Assembly: GCA_047777415.1 (NCBI GenBank)
Contig: JBKEEO010000002.1
Coordinates: forward strand, 672,420-736,419
Direction of reading: 5' to 3'
DNA: 64,000 bases
Origin: Oscillospiraceae bacterium
GTDB lineage: Bacteria > Bacillota > Clostridia > Oscillospirales > Acutalibacteraceae
Positions within the stretch are counted from its first letter, which is position 1; each line of letters starts with the position of its first letter. Made by a program: the position numbers and the translations under genes. A model generated the notes under the pieces. It saw only the letters and a program-made list of their open reading frames with translations, made no database searches and was not told where the DNA came from. Shown piece by piece: positions 37,850 through 48,496 of the stretch.

Positions 37850-39754
37850 ATGGGGTTAATAAGCGTTGGTAATTTGGCAAAATCGTTCGGAACTCAAACC
37901 GTTCTGAACGGAGTTTCTTTTGAAATACAGGAAAATGATCACATCGGTCTGATCGGCGGTAACGGTTCTGGCAAAACCACACTGCTCAAATTGTTAACAG
38001 GAGAACTGTTTCCTGATTCGGGAACCATTTCCGTTGCGGGAAAAACAACAATCGGCTATATGGAACAGCATGTATGCCGAGATCTTGAACGAAGTGCTTT
38101 GGATGAAGTATTGACTGTTTTTTCCCCTCTTCTTGCTCTGGAACAAAAGCTGGAAGAAATCGGGCAGATTCTTCGCAGCGGTCTTTCTGAAAACATTGAT
38201 GCTGTTGTAGAGCAGCAGACCCTTCTGAATGAAAAATTTATTGCGGATGGTGGACTGACTTTTCGCAGCCGCGCCCGCTCTGCTTTGCTTGGCCTTGGTT
38301 TTAAAGAGGAAGAAACATCCACACCCGTTGGTAAATTAAGTGGTGGACAAAGAGCAAAACTGCAGCTAGCGAAACTTTTGCTCAGTGATGCCAACCTAAT
38401 GTTGCTTGACGAACCAACAAACCATCTTGATTTATCATCCGTAGACTGGCTGGAAGAATTCCTCCGTTCTTCCAAAGCGGCTTTTTTGGTCATTTCGCAT
38501 GACCGTTATTTTTTGGACAGGGTGACAAATCGCACCTTTGAATTAACAAATCACAAGCTAAACCTTTACAAAGGAAATTATACTGCTTATTTGTCACAGA
38601 AAGAAAACAAAGAACTTACTTTAAAACGCAAGTATGAAAACACACAAAAAGAAATCAGCCGACTAGAGGGAATCGTTGAGCAGCAGCGCCGTTGGAACAG
38701 AGAAAAAAATATCAAAACCGCTGAAAGCAAAGAGAAAATGATCGCCCGGTTAAAGCAAACACTGGTAAAACCGGAAGCACAGCAAAACACGCTCCATTTT
38801 CATTTTGGCGTCGATGTCCGCAGCGGAAACGATGTCCTTGCAGTAAAGGATCTTTCACTTTCTTTTGGGCAAAAGCATCTATTTCAAAATGTTTCATTCC
38901 AGATTACACGCGGCGACAGAGTCTTTTTGATTGGACCAAATGGCTGCGGTAAAACATCTCTTTTTAAAATCCTTCTTGGTAAAATTAGACCCGACAGTGG
39001 CAGTTATCGCTTGGGTACGGGTGTCAAAATAGGGTATTATGACCAACTTCAAACAGGATTGCGTCCCGAAAAGCGTGTCATCGATGAAATCTGGGATTAT
39101 TATCCTCATATGACGGAAACGCAGATTCGAAATGCACTTGCAGTTTTTCTGTTTCAGGGAGACGATGTTTTTAAGCAGGTTAGCTCACTCAGCGGCGGCG
39201 AAAGGGCAAGAATTCTATTACTTCGGCTGATGCTTTCCCGTGACAATTTCCTCCTCCTCGATGAACCGACCAATCATCTGGATCTTCCATCCTGCGAGGC
39301 ACTGGAAAATGCACTCAAGGATTACGAAGGAACTCTTCTGGTTATTTCACACGACCGATATTTCATCAATAAAATTGCAAATCGCATCTATGCTTTAAAA
39401 AAGGATGGTCTAGAGAACTGCGGCGCAAATTATGCGGAATACCTGGAAAAGCAAAAAAATGAGCAGGCTAAAATGCCTACTCATAAAATGCACAAAGAAA
39501 ATGATTATATCAACAGAAAGAAACAAGCATCCGCTTTGCGTAAACGAAAAGCAGCGATTTTAAGGCTGGAACAGCAAATTGAACGAAATGAATCGGCAAT
39601 TGCAGAATTGGAAGAAAAGTTGTGTGACCCGTCAACTGCAAGTGATTATCAGGCGGCAATGGAACTGTCAGACAAAATCGACGCGCTGAAAGCTGAAACT
39701 GAAAATCTCTTTTTGGAATGGAGTGAACTTTCCGAAAAGCAGGAGAATGCATAA
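37850..39754 (+). CDS. ABC-F family ATPase with C-terminal coiled coil (Uup/YdiF-like)
   Basis: Two NBDs (GGNGSGKTT, GPNGCGKTS; LSGGQ/LSGGE; DEPTNHLD), no TM; start reassigned to MGLISV. Confidence 0.92.
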   Translation: MGLISVGNLAKSFGTQTVLNGVSFEIQENDHIGLIGGNGSGKTTLLKLLTGELFPDSGTISVAGKTTIGYMEQHVCRDLERSALDEVLTVFSPLLALEQKLEEIGQILRSGLSENIDAVVEQQTLLNEKFIADGGLTFRSRARSALLGLGFKEEETSTPVGKLSGGQRAKLQLAKLLLSDANLMLLDEPTNHLDLSSVDWLEEFLRSSKAAFLVISHDRYFLDRVTNRTFELTNHKLNLYKGNYTAYLSQKENKELTLKRKYENTQKEISRLEGIVEQQRRWNREKNIKTAESKEKMIARLKQTLVKPEAQQNTLHFHFGVDVRSGNDVLAVKDLSLSFGQKHLFQNVSFQITRGDRVFLIGPNGCGKTSLFKILLGKIRPDSGSYRLGTGVKIGYYDQLQTGLRPEKRVIDEIWDYYPHMTETQIRNALAVFLFQGDDVFKQVSSLSGGERARILLLRLMLSRDNFLLLDEPTNHLDLPSCEALENALKDYEGTLLVISHDRYFINKIANRIYALKKDGLENCGANYAEYLEKQKNEQAKMPTHKMHKENDYINRKKQASALRKRKAAILRLEQQIERNESAIAELEEKLCDPSTASDYQAAMELSDKIDALKAETENLFLEWSELSEKQENA

Positions 39755-39787
39755 AAAAAGCAGCGTTGATCTTTTCAGACGCGCTGC
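39754..39787. terminator. Terminator between the convergent ABC-F and HPr-like genes
   Basis: AAAAAAA-GCAGCG...CGCTGC. Confidence 0.55.
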
Positions 39788-39796
39788 AACTTATGT

Positions 39797-40045
39797 TTAC
39801 GATCTTACCGCTACGGGATCACACTGAAACTGCTGTAACTGTTTAATAAAACTATCCGCATTGTCGCTTTCAACTTCAATTTTCAGTGGCTTGGACAAAT
39901 CGAGACTAAAAATTCCCATGATTGATTTTGCATCGATTTTGTATTTATCGGTAACAAGATTAATCGGAAAATTATAACTGTTTGTCAATGTCACAAATTT
40001 TTTCACTGCTTCAATGCTGGAAAGAAGAATCGAAGTCGTGTACAT
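39797..40045 (-). CDS. HPr-family protein lacking His15
   Basis: DAKSIMGIFSL (Ser46 motif); no His in the N-terminal region; promoter TTGACC-17-TATATT at 40078-40106. Confidence 0.85.
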   Translation of the reverse strand: MYTTSILLSSIEAVKKFVTLTNSYNFPINLVTDKYKIDAKSIMGIFSLDLSKPLKIEVESDNADSFIKQLQQFQCDPVAVRS

Positions 40046-40174
40046 ACAGTTACCTCCCTGGTTTATTTATCTCTACAAATATATCTCAAATTATCAAGAA
40101 GGTCAATGTTCATATTGCCTATAGTTTTTTCACTATAGCAAAACAAAATATCTATTTTTATAAAAGGTGTACAA

Positions 40175-41467
40175 ATGAAAGTATCTGTAATTACACTAGG
40201 ATGTAAAGTAAATCAATACGAATCGCAAGTTTTGCTCAACCGTCTGCAGTCGGCCGGTTTTACTGCTTGTGACCCATCAGAGGAAAGCGATGTAGTCATT
40301 CTAAATACCTGCACCGTAACATCCACAAGCGACCGTAAGGCCCGTCAATTATTGCACCGGGTACGCAGACAAAATCCAAAAGCGGTATTGGTTGTAACGG
40401 GTTGTCTTCCGCAGGCGTTTCCTGAGGCGGCGAACAAACAACTTGCCGAGGCTGATATTGTCCTTGGTAATTCCAATCGCTCTTCCCTTCTGACCGACAT
40501 CGAAAGATTTCTGGCAACCCGGCAAAGAATTGTTGACATTGTACCCCACACATCCGGAGAACCGTTTGAACCCATGAGCACGGATCGATTTTTTGAACGG
40601 ACACGTGCTTTTTTAAAAATTGAGGACGGCTGCAATCGATACTGTTCCTACTGCATCATCCCTTATGCGCGCGGTCCGGTAAGGTCTAAGCCTCTGGATG
40701 ATTTAAAACGCGAATTAGAGCAAATCGCTGCAAAAGGTTATCCAGAAGTAGTGTTAACCGGTATCAATCTTTCCTCATATGGTCAGGAACTGGGCCTGAC
40801 ACTCTGTGACGCTGTGGAAGCGGCCTGTGCCGTGGAAAAAATTCAGCGCGTCAGGCTGGGGTCCTTGGAACCTGAACGGCTGGATGAGGAAGTGATTGCG
40901 CGGCTGAAACGCCAGAAAAAACTCTGTCCTCAGTTCCATCTTTCCCTGCAAAGCGGATGTGATGAAACTTTAAAACGCATGAACCGTCATTACAATACCG
41001 AAGAATACCGAAGAATTGTCCATAATTTGCGCCAAGCATTCAACAATGCTGCCATTACAACTGATATTATGGTTGGTTTTCCGGGCGAAACGGAAGAGGA
41101 ATTTGAAAAATCAAAAGCATTTCTTGAGGAAATTCAGTTTGCAAAAGCTCATGTCTTCTCTTATTCGCGGCGTCCCGGCACCGTTGCAGACCAATCTCCG
41201 GAGCAAGTGGATCCGAAAGTCAAAGAAGAGCGAAGCCATCGTATGATCGATGCGGCCCGAAAAACACGAGCCGCTTTTCTGCAAAGCCAATGCGGACTGA
41301 CAGAGTTTGTTTTGTTCGAACAAAAAAGTGCCACAGGTGTTTATGAAGGCTATACGACAAATTACACGCCTGTGAAAACACACAGCGCCGAAGATCTTTG
41401 CGGAAAAATTTTGCCGGTACACATCACAGCAGCAACGGATGACTTCTGCCTAGGTGAACTTGTTTAA
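40175..41467 (+). CDS. mtaB: tRNA t6A37 methylthiotransferase
   Basis: TLGCKVNQYES, NTCTVT, EDGCNRYCSYC, SLQSG, VGFPGET, YSRRPGT. Confidence 0.92.
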   Translation: MKVSVITLGCKVNQYESQVLLNRLQSAGFTACDPSEESDVVILNTCTVTSTSDRKARQLLHRVRRQNPKAVLVVTGCLPQAFPEAANKQLAEADIVLGNSNRSSLLTDIERFLATRQRIVDIVPHTSGEPFEPMSTDRFFERTRAFLKIEDGCNRYCSYCIIPYARGPVRSKPLDDLKRELEQIAAKGYPEVVLTGINLSSYGQELGLTLCDAVEAACAVEKIQRVRLGSLEPERLDEEVIARLKRQKKLCPQFHLSLQSGCDETLKRMNRHYNTEEYRRIVHNLRQAFNNAAITTDIMVGFPGETEEEFEKSKAFLEEIQFAKAHVFSYSRRPGTVADQSPEQVDPKVKEERSHRMIDAARKTRAAFLQSQCGLTEFVLFEQKSATGVYEGYTTNYTPVKTHSAEDLCGKILPVHITAATDDFCLGELV

Positions 41468-42771
41468 GATACATTTTTTAAGACTTTCATAACATTCTGA
41501 ACCTCTTGCTTCGTCTGGTCTGTATCTAAATAATCCGCGGAATAAAACATGAAACCATCGCAGGAGATTTCGCGTCCAAATTTCACTTGGGTAGCCAAAA
41601 TATTGCTGGAGTTTTTCCATGTTCCGCTGTCCGTTTCTGACCCGGCTTTATAAACAGCAAGTCCAAAATACAGCTTTACATTTTGATTTGTAACCATTTC
41701 TCGCCATGTCTTTGCTGCTGTATCGAAGGGCAAAACCGGATTTTCAAAATTTACATAAAGCTGTGGACAAATGTAATCTACATACCCGGAAACGGAACAC
41801 CACTCGGTTACGTTCGCGCCCATTGCTAAATCATTCTGTATGTTTCCCTGCGGTGCAATTCCAAATTGCAGTGACGGTCTGACTGATTTTATCTCTTGGT
41901 AAACGAGCGATACCATCGCGCTGATATTGGCACGTCTCCAGTCGGAAAGACTCATTGGCGTACCAGTTTGCTCTGCAGTTTTGCAATAAGCATCATAAGC
42001 TGTCTGATCAAATGAGGAATCCTGCGTTGGGTAAAAATAGTCGTCAAACTGAATTCCATCCACATCATATTTCTCAGCAATTTCTTTAGCTCCGTCTGCT
42101 ATCAATTTTCTAACTTCGGCATAGGCCGGGTTAAAATACTTTCCATTTTGAAAATCTACAACCCAGTCGGCTTTTTCGGGGGCATTTTTCCATGTATTAT
42201 AGATGTTTCCCACCGCAAGAATGGATGGAGTATTTGAAATTTGAATCCGTAACGGGTTGATCCATGCGTGGATTTTCAGCCCTTCTTGATGACAAATCTT
42301 TACCATGTCCGCTAACGGATCATACCCGGGATTCACCCCCTGCGTACCTCCTACCACATGGCTCCATGGGAAATAGGAGGATGGATATAAAGCATCCGCA
42401 AATGGCCGAACTTGAACAATCAGTGTATTCATGCCACATTTTTTAGCATTGTTGACAATCGTATTAAATTTCTTTAAAAATCCCTGTTCGCTCCTGTCAT
42501 CTTCACGGCTCATATTTAAGCTAAGATACGGAACCCAAACAGCCCTCATTTCATCATCTACTTCTGTAACTCGAATCGTGGACGAAACACCAACTGCACT
42601 GGTTGCAGAATTTAATTTCACTGATGCTGTTTGTGCGGGTGGGCTGCGATTAAAATTGACTGCCATTGTAATGGCGATAACAACTATAAGTACGAATATA
42701 CAAACAATCATGCTATGCCTGTGAAACAATTTGACTACCATTTTTTTCATCCTTTCCAACAGAAACATCAT
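41464..42771 (-). CDS. Glycosyl hydrolase-like 10 (DUF187/YddW-like) with an N-terminal anchor
   Basis: EMRAVW, VQVRPFADALYPS, HAWINP, VDGIQFDDYFY, DYICPQLY. Confidence 0.85.
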   Translation of the reverse strand: MMFLLERMKKMVVKLFHRHSMIVCIFVLIVVIAITMAVNFNRSPPAQTASVKLNSATSAVGVSSTIRVTEVDDEMRAVWVPYLSLNMSREDDRSEQGFLKKFNTIVNNAKKCGMNTLIVQVRPFADALYPSSYFPWSHVVGGTQGVNPGYDPLADMVKICHQEGLKIHAWINPLRIQISNTPSILAVGNIYNTWKNAPEKADWVVDFQNGKYFNPAYAEVRKLIADGAKEIAEKYDVDGIQFDDYFYPTQDSSFDQTAYDAYCKTAEQTGTPMSLSDWRRANISAMVSLVYQEIKSVRPSLQFGIAPQGNIQNDLAMGANVTEWCSVSGYVDYICPQLYVNFENPVLPFDTAAKTWREMVTNQNVKLYFGLAVYKAGSETDSGTWKNSSNILATQVKFGREISCDGFMFYSADYLDTDQTKQEVQNVMKVLKNVS

Positions 42772-42810
42772 TTTGCAAAAGGCCGCTTGTTATAAAATTC
42801 ATTTTCAGAG

Positions 42811-43185
42811 GTGGAAAAAATGTTTTTTATCATCGGAATTACCAGTTCAACGACAGAGATTGGTATGCGACGCTTTGTTTATTTCCCGTGCTGTTCTCTG
42901 CGGGGGAATAGTGCGCTTGTAACCTGCGCTTATCAACAGTTCACCTTTTTCTTTTTGCCTCTGTTCCGGTTTGGAAAAAGATATTTTGTATCCTGCCCAA
43001 ACTGCGGCGCTGTTTACGAAATAAACCGAGATGAAGGCAAACGAATTGAACACGACGCCGAAGCTCAAATCAACCCGGACCAGATGTTTCGAGTATCGGG
43101 ACGAGCCGCAAGATTCTGTCCCAATTGCGGTGCACGAGTCAATCCGGGAAGCAGTTTTTGCCCATACTGTGGTACAAGGCTGTAA
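42811..43185 (+). CDS. Multi zinc-ribbon protein
   Basis: FTFFFLPLF, CPNCG twice, CPYCG. Confidence 0.75.
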   Translation: MEKMFFIIGITSSTTEIGMRRFVYFPCCSLRGNSALVTCAYQQFTFFFLPLFRFGKRYFVSCPNCGAVYEINRDEGKRIEHDAEAQINPDQMFRVSGRAARFCPNCGARVNPGSSFCPYCGTRL

Positions 43186-43206
43186 AAATTTTAGAAGGGG
43201 TAAATT

Positions 43207-43476
43207 GTGTCTGATTATATATATTGCATTAGTTACCTGATTATTATGAATTTTGTGGCAGCCGTTGTGACAATATTGGACAAACACAGGGCAAAACGAC
43301 ATTTATGGCGTGTTTCGGAAAATAAACTTTTGCTACTTGCTTTGCTCGGCGGCTCCCCTGCGATGCTTTTGACCATGCTTTTCATTCACCACAAAACACG
43401 GCATGTAAAATTCATGGTGGGAATTCCAGTTATTTTCTTTTTGCAAATGTGTATATTTTTAAAATTTATGATATAA
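43207..43476 (+). CDS. DUF1294 family membrane protein
   Basis: DKHRAKRHLWRVSE, LLGGSPAML, HHKTRH. Confidence 0.85.
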   Translation: MSDYIYCISYLIIMNFVAAVVTILDKHRAKRHLWRVSENKLLLLALLGGSPAMLLTMLFIHHKTRHVKFMVGIPVIFFLQMCIFLKFMI

Positions 43477-43505
43477 ATTATTTCCTGTAAACTGTAATAA
43501 AACAG

Positions 43506-43541
43506 GGGAAGGCCACGGACGAGTCCGCTTTGCTTTCCCCT
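43506..43541. terminator. Hairpin between the convergent DUF1294 and MATE genes
   Basis: GGGGAAGGC...GCTTTCCCC with inner CGGAC/GTCCG. Confidence 0.55.
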
Positions 43542-43562
43542 TATGTTTTATGATTTCTATTT

Positions 43563-44864
43563 TCATATCTTTTTTAAACTTAGCATCCAAAAACGGGAAA
43601 CCAGAAAAAACAAAACTTCTGTGATAACGAAAGAAAGCCAAACACCATCTGTACCAAAAATCATGCTAAAAAACAAAACAAACGGAACTAAAAATACACA
43701 ACTGCGTAAAACCGATAAAAGCATAGCCGGCTTAGAACGAGAAACAGCGCTCAAAAAAGCGATGAATACAATATTTACCCCTGCAAAAAAATAACCTGTA
43801 AAATATATCTTTAGTCCAGAACCTGCAATCTCTGCAAGGATGTTGTTTCCCTCACTGTTAAAAATAGCAACAATGGGATCGGAAAAAAGAAACACGACTG
43901 CATACATTATAAACGCCAAAACAATGCATGTTATCGTTCCTAATCGTGAGATAGCTCTGATAGAACCGATATCTCCTTTGCCGTAATACTCGCTTGCTAA
44001 AGGCTGAATTCCTTGCGCAGCTCCCGTAAAGACAGCTGTGGCAATCAGGGCAATGTTCGCTATGATGCCATATGCTGCAACCCCGGTATTCCCTGCAAGC
44101 TTTAAAATGACTAAATTGAATGTAAAAAGAGAAATTGCAGATGCAAGTTCTCCAATGAAAGAAGACAATCCAAGCAAAATAATATCGACAAATTCGGAAA
44201 TATGGATTTTAAACTTGCAAAGGTGAAATCCTTGTTTCTTCTGAATAAAATGTATGGATAACACACACAAGCTGATTATAGGTGAGAAACCAGTAGCCAC
44301 TGCCGCACCTAAAATCCCCAGTGACAAAGGAAATATAAAAATATAGTCCAGAATAATGTTTGAAAAACTGCTGATTAACATCGCAGCCATTGACAGTTTT
44401 GGATTATTATCATTCCGAATAAACGCCAGTAAAATGTTGTTCATGACAAAAAAAGGAGAAAATCCCAGTATTGTGGACAAATACACTTTTGTAAGAGGTA
44501 AAGTGATTTCATCCGCGCCAAGAATCCTTGACAATGGTGTAGTAAAAAATATAGAGATGATTACAAAGACAAGAGCAACAAAGCCACCCATGATCAAGGA
44601 ATGCATGTAAACGATGCTTTGCTTTTTCTGACTGCTGTCAGTCTTTAAAATAGAAAAGCGTGTTGCCCCGCCTATACCTATCATCAATCCCAATCCCTGC
44701 AATATGCTGAAAAATGAAATGCTAAAGTTAAGCGCCGCCAGTCCATTTCTTCCTAACGCATCTGCAATAAAAAATGTATCCGCCAAAATATAACAGGAAA
44801 ATCCAATCATTGCGATAATGTTAAAACTCACGTATTTTAAAAATCTTTTTGTTAGATGCTGCAT
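43563..44864 (-). CDS. MATE family efflux transporter (MepA-like)
   Basis: About 12 TM; ADTFFI, NIILDYIFI..LGILGAAVAT, GAAQGIQPL. Confidence 0.92.
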   Translation of the reverse strand: MQHLTKRFLKYVSFNIIAMIGFSCYILADTFFIADALGRNGLAALNFSISFFSILQGLGLMIGIGGATRFSILKTDSSQKKQSIVYMHSLIMGGFVALVFVIISIFFTTPLSRILGADEITLPLTKVYLSTILGFSPFFVMNNILLAFIRNDNNPKLSMAAMLISSFSNIILDYIFIFPLSLGILGAAVATGFSPIISLCVLSIHFIQKKQGFHLCKFKIHISEFVDIILLGLSSFIGELASAISLFTFNLVILKLAGNTGVAAYGIIANIALIATAVFTGAAQGIQPLASEYYGKGDIGSIRAISRLGTITCIVLAFIMYAVVFLFSDPIVAIFNSEGNNILAEIAGSGLKIYFTGYFFAGVNIVFIAFLSAVSRSKPAMLLSVLRSCVFLVPFVLFFSMIFGTDGVWLSFVITEVLFFLVSRFWMLSLKKI

Positions 44865-44881
44865 GATACCTCCTAGGAGAC

Positions 44882-44958
44882 AAAAAGTGCCTAAACCATT
44901 CCTTCTAAGACCTAACGGAATGGAAAGGCACTTCGATTATTTACCCGGTGGCAAATAA
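44882..44958 (-). ncRNA. Guanidine-IV (mepA/GGAM-1) riboswitch, transcriptional ON switch
   Basis: P1 UUAUUUGCC-ACCG-GGUAAAUAA (CCACCGGG core); P2 terminator AAGUGCCU..CCAUUCC-GUUAGGUCUUAGAA-GGAAUGG..AGGCACUU-UUU; loop ACC/GGU complementarity; upstream of a MATE gene. Confidence 0.85.
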
Positions 44959-45020
44959 CTTTAAACTGTTAAATTGTATTTAGTAAAAACCTTTGATAAA
45001 ACACGCAATAGCTGGAAGGA

Positions 45021-45560
45021 TTAATTCTTTACGGACTCTCCAATAACTTCTATTTGCACGCCTCGCATAACATCCAGTGCCTTCTGATGCATGTTCTCGT
45101 CAGCACTGGCGGTACAATCCGCATCCACAATGATTTTTGCTTCAGGAAGCGCTGCTTTGGCAAGAATTGCATTAGAAAGAACGCAAATATTAGAAACTAA
45201 CCCGACTAGTTCCACCAAATCGTAGTTCTGTTTTGCAAGATATTCAGCAAGTTCAAGGGAACCAAATGTTTTCTTTTCAAAACATTTATCGGAATCAGCG
45301 CGAGCGGCAAAAACCTTACCGTACAAATTCCATCCATCAGTGTTTTTCAGACAATGCGGAACAGGGAGTTTTTGTCCTTCTTGAGTTTTTAAATAGTTGT
45401 CTTCATGGGTATCAAATGTAAAGATGATGTCCCCGTCGGTACGCCGATATTCCTGGATTTTCTCTACAATCCTGTTTTCCAACAAAACAGCTTTTGAAAA
45501 GCCAAGGCTTCCGGTGACAAAATCATTTTGATAATCCACAACAATCAAAGCTTTTTTCAT
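45021..45560 (-). CDS. Cysteine hydrolase, nicotinamidase/pyrazinamidase-like (isochorismatase family)
   Basis: VVDYQNDF, DTH and PHC metal ligands, EKKTFGS, NICV catalytic Cys. Confidence 0.85.
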   Translation of the reverse strand: MKKALIVVDYQNDFVTGSLGFSKAVLLENRIVEKIQEYRRTDGDIIFTFDTHEDNYLKTQEGQKLPVPHCLKNTDGWNLYGKVFAARADSDKCFEKKTFGSLELAEYLAKQNYDLVELVGLVSNICVLSNAILAKAALPEAKIIVDADCTASADENMHQKALDVMRGVQIEVIGESVKN

Positions 45561-45612
45561 GCGGATATTCTCCTTCCTAATACTGTTTTAAACTGTTTTA
45601 TGCGAATATCCG

Positions 45613-45640
45613 AAAAAGGCCGTTCCGCAAAGAAACGGCC
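45613..45640 (-). terminator. leuS terminator
   Basis: Minus strand GGCCGTTTC-TTTGCG-GAACGGCC-TTTTT. Confidence 0.75.
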
Positions 45641-45648
45641 AAATTGTA

Positions 45649-48054
45649 TTATCTGACAACAAAATTGATTAATTTGGATGGAACATAAATTTCCTTTACA
45701 AGTGTCTTTCCTGCAAGTTCTGCAGCAATCTTTCCATTAGCCTTAGCCTGTGCAAGGGCATCCTCTTTTGATATATCCGAAGGAACCGTGAGATGTGCCC
45801 TTACCTTGCCGTTTACTTGAATAACAATTTCAATGGTTTTATCTACACATTTGCTTTCATCGTATTTTGGCCACTCTTGCTGGCAAGCCATTCCGCCGAA
45901 GTTTTGGAGCTCCCATACTTCCTCGCAGACATGCGGCGCAAACAGATTCAGCAAAAGCGTAAAGATGCGAAGTTCACCCCGTGTAATAGAGCCAACCGCT
46001 GTAATATCGTTCATAAGCGACATCAAAGCCGCGATTGCTGTATTGAACTTTAGGTTTTCAACGTCTTCTCCAACTTTTTTAATCGTCTTGTTAAATGCAA
46101 CTTCCAATTCACTCCGGATATTTTCTCCGTCGCAGAGAATATTCTGCAAATTCCAATAACGTTCTACAAAACGGCGGCAGCCTTTAATACCGTTCGTACT
46201 CCACGGAGCAGCCTTTTCAAAATCTCCGATGAACATCTCATAAAGCCGCATTGTGTCGGCACCATATTCTCGTACAATATCATCCGGGTTTACCACATTA
46301 CCGCGGGATTTGCTCATCTTTTCTCCGTTTTCACCGAGAATCATGCCATGGCTAGTGCGTTTCGCATACGGTTCCGGAGTGGGCACTACACCAATATCGT
46401 ACAGGAATTTATGCCAGAAGCGGCTATACAGCACATGCAAAGTTGTATGTTCCATACCGCCGTTATACCAATCGACGGGAGTCCAGTATTTTAATGCTTC
46501 CGGTCCTGCAAGTGCTTTGTCGTTATGAGCATCGGTATACCTAAGGAAGTACCAGGACGAACCCGCCCACTGCGGCATGGTATCGGTTTCACGCTTTGCA
46601 GGGCCGCCGCAATGCGGGCACGTGGTATTCACCCAGTCAGTCATATGAGCAAGCGGCGATTCTCCGTTATCGGTTGGCTCATACGATTTTACATCCGGCA
46701 AACGAATGGGCAATTCACTTTCCGGAACAGGTACATACCCACACTTTGGACAATGCACAATCGGGATTGGTTCTCCCCAATAGCGCTGGCGTGAAAATAC
46801 CCAGTCACGCAGTTTGTAATTGACCTTTGCTCTTCCAATACCTTTTTCTTCGAGGTATGCAATTATCTTTTTCTTTGCTTCTTCAACCGTTAAGCCATCT
46901 AAAATTCCGGAGTTTACAAGAATACCGGTTGCACAGTCTGTAAATGCCTCTTCCTGCACATTTCCGCCTTTGACAACTTCGATAATGGGCAAATCAAACT
47001 TTTTTGCAAACTCCCAGTCACGGGTATCGTGTGCCGGCACAGCCATAATTGCGCCGGTTCCGTAGGATACCAGAACATAATCGGAAATAAAAATCGGAAT
47101 TTCTTTGCCGTTTACCGGATTGATTGCATTGACACCATCCAAACGGACACCGGTTTTTTCCTTTGCCACTTCTGTTCGCTCAAAATCGGATTTTTTGGAA
47201 GCAGCTTCCTGATAGGCTACTACTTCATCCATATTTTTGATACTGTTCTTCCACTTTTTCAGAAGCGGATGTTCAGGAGATACGACCATATAAGTTACAC
47301 CATAGAGAGTGTCCGGCCGAGTGGTATAAACTGTCAGTATGTCTCCAACCGATGTTTTAAAATCGACTTCCGCACCCGTGGAGCGGCCAATCCAGTTAAT
47401 CTGCTGTGCTTTAACACGATCCGGATAATTGACCAAGGCAAGGTCATCGATGAGGCGCTGTGCATACGCCGTGATTTTCAGCATCCATTGTGATTTAACT
47501 TTACGCACAACTTCGCTTCCGCAGCGTTCGCACACACCGTCAACGACTTCTTCGTTTGCAAGAACACATTTGCAGGATGTACACCAGTTAACTGCCATCT
47601 CTTTTTTGTAAGCAAGACCATGTTTAAACAGCTGCAAGAAAATCCACTGCGTCCATTTATAATACTCCGGATCAGTCGTATTAATTTCGCGTGTCCAGTC
47701 AAAGGACAGACCCAAAGATTTTAGTTGCTGTTTAAACCTTGCAACATTCTTTTTTGTTACTTCAGCCGGATGGACATGATTCTTAATAGCATAGTTTTCA
47801 GTTGGCAACCCAAAAGCGTCCCACCCAATTGGATACAGCACATTATAGCCCTGCATGCGGCGTTTGCGTGCAATGATATCCATTGCCGTATAAGACCGTG
47901 GGTGACCTACGTGAAGTCCCTGACCGGACGGATACGGGAACTCGATGAGTGTGTAGTATTTCGGCTTATCGTGGTCATCGGAAGCGTGGAACACGCCAGC
48001 TTCCTCCCAACGATCTTGCCATTTCTTTTCAATCTTCTTGTGATCATATTTCAT
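45649..48054 (-). CDS. leuS: Leucine--tRNA ligase
   Basis: [13 protein letters not shown] (HIGH), KMSKS, RQRYWG, editing domain. Confidence 0.98.
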   Translation of the reverse strand: MKYDHKKIEKKWQDRWEEAGVFHASDDHDKPKYYTLIEFPYPSGQGLHVGHPRSYTAMDIIARKRRMQGYNVLYPIGWDAFGLPTENYAIKNHVHPAEVTKKNVARFKQQLKSLGLSFDWTREINTTDPEYYKWTQWIFLQLFKHGLAYKKEMAVNWCTSCKCVLANEEVVDGVCERCGSEVVRKVKSQWMLKITAYAQRLIDDLALVNYPDRVKAQQINWIGRSTGAEVDFKTSVGDILTVYTTRPDTLYGVTYMVVSPEHPLLKKWKNSIKNMDEVVAYQEAASKKSDFERTEVAKEKTGVRLDGVNAINPVNGKEIPIFISDYVLVSYGTGAIMAVPAHDTRDWEFAKKFDLPIIEVVKGGNVQEEAFTDCATGILVNSGILDGLTVEEAKKKIIAYLEEKGIGRAKVNYKLRDWVFSRQRYWGEPIPIVHCPKCGYVPVPESELPIRLPDVKSYEPTDNGESPLAHMTDWVNTTCPHCGGPAKRETDTMPQWAGSSWYFLRYTDAHNDKALAGPEALKYWTPVDWYNGGMEHTTLHVLYSRFWHKFLYDIGVVPTPEPYAKRTSHGMILGENGEKMSKSRGNVVNPDDIVREYGADTMRLYEMFIGDFEKAAPWSTNGIKGCRRFVERYWNLQNILCDGENIRSELEVAFNKTIKKVGEDVENLKFNTAIAALMSLMNDITAVGSITRGELRIFTLLLNLFAPHVCEEVWELQNFGGMACQQEWPKYDESKCVDKTIEIVIQVNGKVRAHLTVPSDISKEDALAQAKANGKIAAELAGKTLVKEIYVPSKLINFVVR

Positions 48055-48115
48055 TGATTCATACGCCCCTAAGTTATATCATTTTCGCAGTGAAAAAATT
48101 TACCGCGTTTTTCAG

Positions 48116-48469
48116 TCAATTCAGATATTTGGACAGATCCACAATTTCACCGTCCTGCCACAGCCTGTCCAAGTCATAAAACTTTCTGGACTCCTCGGTG
48201 AAAACATGGACCACTACATTTCCGTAATCCAGCAGAACCCAAGAATTTGAGCGGTAGCCTTCCTTGTGCCCAGGTTGAAATCCCAGTTCTTCAAGTTGGA
48301 ATTCCGTTTCGTCCGCTAATGATTTCACATGAGTGCTGCTTGTACCTGTAGCAAGTACAAAATAGTCCGCAATAATTGAAACGTCCCGAATCCCAATGAC
48401 CTTGATATCCTTTGCTTTTTTACTGTCCAATACTTTCGCAGCCTGTACGGCTAGTTCCAGTGAAGTCAT
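48116..48469 (-). CDS. rsfS: Ribosome silencing factor
   Basis: DSKKAKDI, ADYFVLATG, WVLLDYG, YDLDRLW. Confidence 0.95.
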   Translation of the reverse strand: MTSLELAVQAAKVLDSKKAKDIKVIGIRDVSIIADYFVLATGTSSTHVKSLADETEFQLEELGFQPGHKEGYRSNSWVLLDYGNVVVHVFTEESRKFYDLDRLWQDGEIVDLSKYLN

Positions 48470-48496
48470 TCTCAACAACCTTCCTGATTCCTTTTT

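Noticed and set aside
45021-45560. Cysteine hydrolase as a guanylurea hydrolase linked to the guanidine riboswitch
   Set aside because: It lies upstream of, not under, the riboswitch and has PncA-type metal ligands; a nicotinamidase-like role is more parsimonious.
48055-48115. T-box upstream of leuS
   Set aside because: Only 61 bp are available and there is no T-box or specifier loop.
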